Assembly: GCA_951406725.2 (NCBI GenBank)
Contig: OX597814.1
Location: forward strand, 222,022,001-222,086,000
Source of the DNA: Octopus vulgaris
Lineage: Eukaryota
Length of the DNA stretch: 64,000 nt
Reading direction: 5' to 3'
The notes below the pieces were generated by a model that searched no databases, had not been told where the DNA came from, and worked only from the letters and a program-made list of their open reading frames with translations. The position numbers and the translations under genes were made by a program. This document shows, in pieces, positions 54,510 through 64,000 of this stretch (position 1 is the first letter of the stretch; each line of letters begins with the position of its first letter).

Positions 54510-54543
<34 letters not shown>

Positions 54544-54934
54544 TGTATGTATGTATGTATGTATGTATGTATGTATGTATGTATTGACACAAAGCACGTT
54601 CAAATATTAAGATATTAAGTAATGATGTTATAAACATATACAATAATAACTGATGATTGCAAAATACATTTACCGGGTGTTTCTGTTTCTTTGTAGGTTT
54701 TGATCGATTCTACAAATATAAGAAAAAGAAAATAGCAAATAGCAGGACATTCGACTTAGGTTCTTATTGAATAATATCTGATATTTTTTTTTAAAACGTG
54801 ATATAAAGTTACAGAGGTTTGTATTACATGTAAAATATAAAATACAAACAAACATACCCATACATTGACCCATATATGCATATAAATACACACATGTACA
54901 CACATTTCTGTATATACATGTATATGTATGTATG

Positions 54935-54997
<63 letters not shown>

Positions 54998-55003
<6 letters not shown>

Positions 55004-55470
55004 GAAAGAATGGAGTTGAACGACGATTTAACAAAATTCCTTTATTCTCGACATATGTTTCGAAGACTGCATATTCTTAATTTCGAAGGAATAAGGGCTG
55101 CATTATGCCGCCTTCTCATCAGGAAAGACAAGGAACTTATGTCAGCATCATGATGAACAAAAACTTTTAGATGACTAAGTTCCTTGTCTTTCCTGATGAG
55201 AAGGCGGCATAATACACCCCTTATTCCTTCGAAATTAAGAATATGCAGCCTTCGAAACATATGTCGAGAATAAAGGAATTTTGTTAAATCGTCGTTAAAC
55301 TCCATTATTTCATTTATTTGTATTAAAAAAAAACATACAAATTTCCACACGAAAGCACGTGATCTCTGCCCTTGGCATGTAGCTTCAACCGTGTTTTTCT
55401 GACGTGAATTTGCTACCCGGGTATCGGTTAACCGAATTATCCATACTAGGATAATTCATTCAACTACTTA
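54998..55470. mobile_element. PLE terminal-repeat-only element with inverted arms and two canonical hammerheads
   Basis: Arms 54998-55140 / 55176-55317; hammerheads at 55038-55135 (-) and 55180-55278 (+); homologous to 7195-7530. Confidence 0.85.
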
Positions 55471-55474
55471 AATA

Positions 55475-55527
<53 letters not shown>

Positions 55528-57457
55528 TATTTATATACACACACACACATATATATATATATAAATATAAATATATGCATGCATAAATATAAACATACAT
55601 ACGCATGTGCGTGTGTGCGAGAAAAATTGAGAGAAAGAGGGAGAGAGAAAAAGAAAGATAATAAAACTGAGAGAGATGAGAATATGTGTATAGACACAGC
55701 ACAATTATGAATGTGCCTTTACATGCAGATTTGTGTTGTAAAAGTGAACAATAATAATAATAATAATAATATTGAATTAAATGAAATAGTTTGTCTGTTA
55801 CGAAATATAACTAAGTGAAGTAACATATAATGCCAGAAGAGTATTATACTAATCACACTATCTCGAATTGCGACGCCGAATATACGAAATCATGTCTAAC
55901 ATAATGGTCAATATTCATATTCAAAATGATTAATATTCATTGTGATTGTGGAGGTCAAGACACATTGATAAGAAAGTGAAGTTCTGCATGCTTTAATGTC
56001 GCATCATTTCATTAGCAATTTAACTGAATTACCATCATGTAGATGCTTAGAATAAATACTTATCTCCTATAACATCGACCGATGTTCGCAAATCTTTCTC
56101 TGACAATTTAATATATTTTGTCGAGTAAAAAGTAGAATTTATTGTCGAGTAAAAGTACCATTATTTGTTACGTACTGCTATCGTATTTAATCCAAAGCAA
56201 TTTTAAATTGCTTTAGTTTATGTTCACTTTTATCAACTATCTTTATTGATATTTCTTTTATGGTTTCTTTAAATGGGAATTTCAAATATTGAATTCAAAT
56301 AAATTTATGAAACAACATCTATTTATAGTTGTTTCTTTTTTTCTGTAAGATTTGTAATAAATTGCCATTCGTAAATTATTCATAGGTAGTTTTTCTTTAT
56401 GATTAGTGTATCTGAAACTGATGCATTATTACTGATGGCAATACCAAATTAACATTTTACAAATTTTCCAGTTTAAAACTATTTCTTTGATTTTTTTATG
56501 GGCCTATCACTCATCAAATTTAGTTGAATCTACTTCCAAGATCTTTGCACAATTACATTGTCTTCCAATTTTAAAATTCAATTATCTAATGCAAAGTTTC
56601 TTTGTAGAAAAACAAAGAAATAGAATGAATTATTTAGGCGGCAGATCCGGAGATTTTCCTCAAAGATATGTCAGTTGATGAAATATGTATTATGTACTTG
56701 CGTCTGAAACAGTTTATACAAACTGCTTTATCGTAAATTTATAAAAAATATTGCTGCTTTCAGTGTAGTTTGGAACTATGTTGAAACTATCTATTTGTTT
56801 AGGAATAATAAACAAGCGGTATTGAAACTGATAGAAAAAGAGTGTTGATGTAACTGGCAGAAATCTTTCAATATTTAAGACGAAGCTAATTGACTGAAAA
56901 CTAATTATCATATTTAGAATAAATCTTCTCACATATTATGATATTAACGAATATTTTTCATATTTAAATTTCATAATTAACCTTCATCATCTCACTTTGA
57001 AATTTCTATGTATTCCTAACATTTCTATGAAAGATAATGAATGATTAATTATAAATTGATTTAGCTATAAATTTTAGATATTTATATCATTATTTTAAAT
57101 TTTTGCTGCGCAATAAATAAGGAAAATAATTACTTCATAAAAACTTTTCCTTGTGAATGTAACACTCTCCTGAGTTATTTGCTACGAACTTTGGGAAAAA
57201 ACTTGCACAATTTCTCATATTATGGGAAACCGATTTATATGTTGCTAGCAGATTTATTAAAACTAAAACTTGTCGTATGATTGCACACGTACACACAGAA
57301 ACACACACACAAGCAAATAAGCAAACTCACACGCTCACAGCGAGAGAGAAATGCTTGAGAGGAACAGACAGACAAGCAGACATATAAAGACACACATATA
57401 TAGACATATATAGACAGACAGATAGCTAGCTAGCTAGCTAGCTAGATAGATAGATAA

Positions 57458-57518
<61 letters not shown>

Positions 57519-57536
57519 TAGATAGATAGATAGATA

Positions 57537-58946
57537 TGTTTCTTTATTAGCCACACAGGGCTGCACACAGATAGAACAAATTACAAGGTAGAGCTTTTCT
57601 TTTGAAGGGTTAAAGAAAAAAAGAAAAAAAAAAAAAAAGGAAGGGGGGAGTTTCGATCAAAAGGGATCGTAAAAGGAGAGAAAGAGGACAAAAAAAGGGG
57701 GGGGTTAAAAAAAAAAAAGGGGAGAGGAAAAAAAATTGATCAATAGGGATCGTTATCACAGAAATGTCAATATGAAGTGTAAAGGGGAGGACAGGTGAGG
57801 TTTACCCGTGGAAAGAAAAGCCTACGGAAAAGACCACGGTAACCTCGGTCAATGAAGTCACATGTTATATTTCTTTTTTTTTTTTTTTTTTTGCAAATAA
57901 GCAACTCTCTGTTTTCAATTTCTGGGTTCATAGGATCATGCTCAAGGTGGCTTCGTCATTCATACGTGCCATTCTTGCTACATTCACCCATCTTTTTTTA
58001 AAACATTCGCTAGACAAAACTTGCCTCTCTACTCTCACTTTCCTTTTCAAGTGGTACTTGAAGAAGTTGATGAGAGATTGACCAGAGAGGAAAGTGTTTG
58101 TCTCCAATCCTTTCAGACGCGTCCACCAGATACATTCTTTCGCCATAGCCACAAGGATGATGAAAATAGCTCTTCCTTCCCGTTTGAAGGAAGGAGGCGT
58201 GACAATATTGACGATAGACTCAGCTGATAAACCGACTCGTCCCACACGTGACAGCAGTTGTTCGACATAAGCCCACAGGTCGGAAATTGTTGGACACTGA
58301 ACGAGTGCGTGCAGAACGGTTTCGTCGCTCTGACCGCATCTCGGGCAGGTCGGCCCCGTGTTTCTCGAGCCGTGTCTGTAGAGCTTATCCCGAACGGGTA
58401 GCGCTTCTCGGTAGCACTGCCAGGCCAGGGATCTCTGGAAGTTGTCCATGGGCCCTGGCCCGAAAGTCGTCCTGAACAGGCGGGTCAGGTACTCCTCGTC
58501 GACGTCCAGGTTCGCCCCGAGCTCGTCGTAGTACCTCCCCTCCACTAAACCCCTATAGAATGCTTTGGTTGTGTTGAAGTCACTTAAGGTCGATCCAGGA
58601 CGGCAGAGTTGCTTGAGAGCAACGCGACACTCGCGGTGCCATTCGCCCTTCCTCGGCCTCTTTTTGATCCACGACTGCAGTTCGGTCATGGAGACGAGCT
58701 GCGGGAAAGCGTGCCTCACAAACGGCGACCACACCTGTTCACCGTCGTCTACATAGAGCCAGAGATGTCGCAGTCTCAGCGCGTGTCTGCGCATCATCAA
58801 CCACGGCATGCCCAGCCCTCCTTTTAACGGGTGTTGACAGCAAATGGATCGCCTGACCATCGGGACGCATCCTTTCCACAAGAAGCGAAAGAGGATGCGT
58901 TGTAGTTTGGTGATGGTAGGGTCGGGACAAGGTACGACGGTCAGGC
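57537..58946 (-). mobile_element. L1/Tx1-type LINE, 5'-truncated copy 1 (ORF2 C-terminus open to 57928)
   Basis: FLWKG...PLKGGLGMP, ALPVRDKL and CPRCGQSDETVLHALVQC (CCHC); 3'UTR ends aataaagaaaca and runs into (TATC)n. Confidence 0.92.
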
Positions 58947-58958
58947 GATAGATAGATA

Positions 58959-60180
58959 TGTTTCTTTATTAGCCACACAGGGCTGCACACAGATAGAACA
59001 AATTTCAAGGTAGAGCTTTTCTTTTGAAGGTTTAAAAAAAAAAAAAAAAAAAAAAAAGGAAGGGGGAGTTTCGATCAAAAGGGATCGTAAAAGGAGAGAA
59101 AGAGGACAAAAAAAGGGGGGTTAAAAAAAAAGGGGAGAGGAAAAAAAAAAATTGATCAATAGGGATCGTTATCACAGCAATGTCAGTATGAAGTGTAAAG
59201 GGGAGGACAGGTGAGGTTTACCCGTGGAAAGAAAAGCCTACGGAAAAGACCACGGTAACCTCGGTCAATGAAGTCACATTTTATATTTCTTTTTTTTTTT
59301 TTTTTTTTTTGCAAATAAGCAACTCTCTGTTTTCGATTTCTGGGTTCATAGGACTATGCTCAAGGTGGCTTCGTCATTCATACGTGCCATTCTTGCTACA
59401 TTCACCCATCTTTTTTTAAAACATTCGCTAGACAAAACTTGCCTCTCTACTCTCACTTTCCTTTTCAAGTGGTACTTGAAGAAGTTGATGAGAGATTGAC
59501 CAGAGAGGAAAGTGTTTGTCTCCAATCCTTTCAGACGCGTCCACCAGATACATTCTTTCGCCATAGCCACAAGGATGATGAAAATAGCTCTTCCTTCCCG
59601 TTTGAAGGAAGGAGGCGTGACAATATTGACGATAGACTCAGCTGATAAACCGACTCGTCCCACACGTGACAGCAGTTGTTCGACATAAGCCCACAGGTCG
59701 GAAATTGTTGGGCACTGAACGAGTGCGTGCAGAACGGTTTCATCGCTCTGACCGCATCTCGGGCAGGTCGGCCCCGTGTTTCTCGAGCCGTGTCTGTAGA
59801 GCTTATCCCGAACGGGTAGCGCTTCTCGGTAGCACTGCCAGGCCAGGGATCTCTGGAAGTTGTCCATGGGCCCTGGCCCGAAGGTCGTCCTGAACAGGCG
59901 GGTCAGGTACTCCTCGTCGACGTCCAGGTTTGCCCCGAGCTCGTCGTCGTACCTCCCCTCCACTAAACCCCTATAGAATGCTTTGGTTGTGTTGAAGTCA
60001 CTTAAGGTCGACCCAGGACGGCAGAGTTGCTTGAGAGCAACGCGACACTCGCGGTGCCATTCGCCCTTCCTCGGCCTCTTTTTGATCCACGACTGCAGTT
60101 CGGTCATGGAGACGAGCTGCGGGAAAGCGTGCCTCACAAACGGCGACCACACCTGTTCACCGTCGTCTACATAGAGCCAG
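58959..60180 (-). mobile_element. L1/Tx1-type LINE, 5'-truncated copy 2 (ORF open to 59346)
   Basis: Nearly identical to copy 1 with a different 5' truncation; GATA repeats on both sides. Confidence 0.92.
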
Positions 60181-60373
<193 letters not shown>

Positions 60374-60772
60374 AAGGTAGATAGATAAATAGTAGAAGTT
60401 TAGGACATCACTATACTTGGTTCCGTCTTTTACGGTCATAACTCCGTGTGATTGTGATGATAAAACGATTTCATTAGAATATAAGACTTTACATAGAAAA
60501 AAAACTCAGGAAGCATTCTAATGTGATACATATGCTTCATTGGATACTAATAATGAAATATGGACAAAATATGATATAATTTAATTAATAAAATTTGGAC
60601 TAAATACTTATAACTTTAGATTATTGGGGCATATGGAAGTTATATAATTGTGTTAGCATTATAACAACGCTCATGCGCAAGCACACACCACATACCCATG
60701 CACACTCAGATATATGTGCATTAATATACGAATATATGTATGTGTATATTCACACATATACACGCACATATA

Positions 60773-60836
<64 letters not shown>

Positions 60837-60885
60837 TTATACATATATATATATACGTATACATACATACATATATATATATATA

Positions 60886-61188
60886 CTAGCAGTATCGCCC
60901 GGCGTTGCTCAGGTTTGTAAGGGAAATAACTATAAAGCATTTTTAGAGAGTTATAGCCAAAAAATAGAAAAAAAATGATGGTAAATTTTTGTTGAGAGTT
61001 AAAACAGGTGGAGTTGCGTCCCCTAGACGGTCTGTGGTTTGGGTTTCTCATTCTCGACCCCATGTCGAATTTATCGATTTATATATATATATATATATGT
61101 GTGTGTCAAGTTTCATCAGAATCGGTTGAAAGCCGTGGTCAGAGTGAGGGTACGAGAAAACAGACACACAGAAACACGCACAGACAAA

Positions 61189-61192
<4 letters not shown>
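60886..61192 (-). mobile_element. Non-autonomous Helitron
   Basis: Reverse complement of 374-604 plus an internal segment of about 75 bp; CTAG end at 60886-60889. Confidence 0.78.
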
Positions 61193-61256
<64 letters not shown>

Positions 61257-61289
61257 CACCAAAGTGTACGCACGCCGCTACATGTATTT

Positions 61290-62025
61290 TAAAAAGAATA
61301 TAAAAAGGGAGAAGATAAAACAAGGACGGTTCATTTGGAGTTTTCTTTCGTCAGTCGATTTCCAGATTAGGTTTGCAGTTTCGGCTGGTTATATTCGAGA
61401 CTGCTCCAATCTGGCCAACTCTTCTTTCTTTCGCTCCCCCCTCTCTCACATCTCCTGGCTTTCCCTTCATTCTCACCTTCCCTCCTCTTTAACTTCACTC
61501 TGTCTCTTTTCCCTTTTCTCGCCCCTCCCTAATTCTTCTATCCCTCTACCTCTATCTCTCTCCTCTCCTTCCACGTGACTGGGTTTCTGCCAAGCCTGAC
61601 TTTTCTTCCTTGGTTTGACTACCATCCATGCAACATTTATATTCCTTCCCATGCCCCTCATCTATTATGTCCCTGTCGTAAAGCTTTACTTCCACACACG
61701 CCAGCTTAATTTAATTCGTCCTTAGTCAAAAGACACCTGTTGTTAATATCCTGCTGTTTGCATTTGTATAGGTGTACCACTTCTCCTTTTTTGTGTCCTT
61801 GTTTTCGTATACATTCGCTGCTTTCTTCCAAGGAATCTAGTGCTCTTAGCTTAGATTTTCCTTGGGGCTGGCCAGCTGTCTCGAGTATAACCAGCCGAAA
61901 CTGCAAATCTAATCTGGAATTCAACTGACGAAAGAAAACTCCGAATGACATCTCCTTGTTTTTTCTTGTCCGTTTTTTGTATCATCTAACTGTCTGGATG
62001 TTTTGCGTTCTTGTCCTATTTTTTA
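61290..62025. mobile_element. PLE-type element with inverted arms (61320-61405 / 61874-61959)
   Basis: Inverted homology, pyrimidine-rich spacer, hammerhead-like topology tagattt...ggctgg/ccagcc-GAAA-ctgc...aaatcta but lacking CTGANGA. Confidence 0.55.
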
Positions 62026-62033
62026 AGTGATTT

Positions 62034-62471
62034 AGGGCGCTAGTCAGCACCAGCGTTGCTAGAAATGAATGTCAAAACAACTCTTAACCACTTGAGAGCC
62101 CTTATCTAGCCACTGACAAAAGAGACAAGCTCCGTACGGCAAGCGGGATGGAGTCATATCATCGATGATTTCAGATCCGATTAATCTTCGTCAGTGACCC
62201 GTTACTCTGTCGCTGAGGGTTAAAAATGTAATTCACCTTGTCAGTCTTATGAACTCCGTAGGAAACATTGACTGATTCCGAAAATAGTGAAGTGAGAATT
62301 ATAAATTGTGAAGGTGGCTAATCGCAATTTACAACCGAAAGGCACAAGTATAGTCGTCACTAAAGTAACCGAGGGTGCTAGTCACCACCAGCATTGCTAG
62401 AAATAAGAGTCAAATCAGCACTTAGCCACCTTAGATCATTTATCTAAAGAGTGACAAGGGAGACAAGCTCC
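62034..62471 (-). mobile_element. Retrozyme-like unit: ~100 bp diverged direct repeats, 338 bp period, enclosing a hammerhead
   Basis: 62034-62133 resembles 62372-62471; hammerhead at 62151-62200. Confidence 0.6.
62151..62200 (-). ncRNA. Type I hammerhead ribozyme, canonical core
   Basis: Minus: gggtca-CTGACGA-agat.taatcgg.atct-GAAA-tcatcgatga-TA-tgactc. Confidence 0.8.
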
Positions 62472-63164
62472 CTACCGATATATGTTTGTGTGTATGTATA
62501 TATGTATGTATGTATGTATGTATGAATGTATGTATGTATGCATGCATGCATGTACGCATGTATGCATGTATGTATGTATGTATGTATGCCTGTATGTACG
62601 TATGTATGTATGTATGTTTGTATGTATGTACGTACGTATGTATGTATGTATGCATGTATGTATGTATGTATTTATTTATTTATGTATGTATGTATGTATG
62701 TAAGTAGGCATGTATAAGTACACCGAAACGTACAACGAAACTGACTCTAGACCAAGTTATATACAACACAGATGCAAAATAGAGATGTCACTACACAAAA
62801 ATTAAACTTACGCTTACACACACGTTCACTAAGTTGAATATATGCTGTTCAACACAAGGGACTATTTCAGGCATTCTGAGCATGTATTCATACATGGACA
62901 ATTCACAGCAAGTTATCATTTCTCACTGATAGTATGAGCGCGTTCGGGCCTTGTGCCTACACTAGAAAAGAATATGAATGCGTTCATATTCATTGTAACC
63001 ACTGGAACAGAAAGAGCACTCTTCAGTGCTCTGCCGTATCAAATGAATAAATAGATCCACTGTGTTTCTATTGCATTTCTATCATTTTATTACGATAGAC
63101 TTTCTATTGATTATCCATTGTGTTGTTTACAGTTTGCTTCACTTAATGCTAGGTATAATTTTCT

Positions 63165-63360
63165 TTGGTTTGTTTCAGTCATTAGACTGCGGCGATGCTG
63201 GGGCACCGCCTTGAAGGACTTTTAGTCGAATGAATAGACTCTCAATACTTTTCATTTAAAGCCCGGTAGCTTTCCCGAATCGCTAATTTACGAGGACGTA
63301 AAGTCACCAAAGGCGGTTGTCAAGCGGTGGTGGGGAACAAACACAGACACAACGATACAT
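63165..63360 (-). mobile_element. SINE 3' half (family of 5325-5742)
   Basis: ttgtttcagtcattagactgcggcgatgctggggcaccgcc...ggttgtcaagcggtgg. Confidence 0.7.
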
Positions 63361-64000
63361 ACAGGTGAGCGCACACGCGTACACACACACACACACACAC
63401 ACACACATAAACACCCTCGCGCGCGCGGAGCTGCGAATGAGCCGTCCCTGTTTTCTCTTGTCCGTGCTTTTGCTGTTTTTCCTGTCTGTCTTTCTAACGT
63501 CTGTCTGTCTGTCCGGATTTTTATTGCCGTCTGTTGCGTTCTTCTACCATAGTTTTCTTTCAACGTCCTTTAGTTCATTCTTCCTCTGTTTAATAATACT
63601 TGTTACGTAACATAGGCTACAGACCCCATATTTATCAAAGACCCATATTAATCAAAGAAATTATTATTATCATCAGCATTCTTCTTCTTCTTCTTCTTCT
63701 TCTTCTTCTTCTTCTTCTTCTTCTTCTTCTTCTTCTTCTTCTTCTTCTTCTTCTCCTCCTTCTCCTTCTCCTCCCCTCCTCTTTTTCTTCTTTTCTCCCT
63801 CTCCTCCACCTTCTAGAAGTTCAAATTAGCGTTATGACTAGAGTGCCGTATCTTTGATTTTGGCAGAAAGTATTGTTTTAGAGAATGTCTGAGACAACAC
63901 AAGATAATTAGAAGATTGTTTCAAAAGTAATTTGATTATAGGATGATAGTGTGATCTTAAGATGGTAGCAAAAGGTATTAGCTATTGTGTACTTTTAAAA

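Overview
AT-rich eukaryotic genomic DNA, dense with microsatellites, with one 100-N gap (9606-9705). The SINE families look like those I recall from Octopus, so a coleoid cephalopod origin is inferred. Most ORFs in the track are microsatellite artefacts. (1) A candidate minus-strand host gene absent from the ORF track: six phase-compatible exons (49349 to 25993), three of them 11-16 nt microexons, giving a 99-aa single-pass membrane protein with a signal peptide and a Tyr-motif tail. (2) Many Penelope-like element (PLE) or retrozyme-type insertions, mostly in (TA)n tracts, carrying about 15 complete, degenerate or partial type I hammerhead ribozyme motifs. Several have inverted-repeat architecture and two carry GIY-YIG remnants. 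(3) Two young tandem L1/Tx1-type LINE 3' ends inside a (GATA)n tract. (4) R4/Dong-like and RTE LINE remnants, two dead mariners, a MITE, three non-autonomous Helitrons and many tRNA-derived SINEs, including a self-nested array and inverted pairs. All calls were made by eye; the boundaries of degraded elements are approximate.
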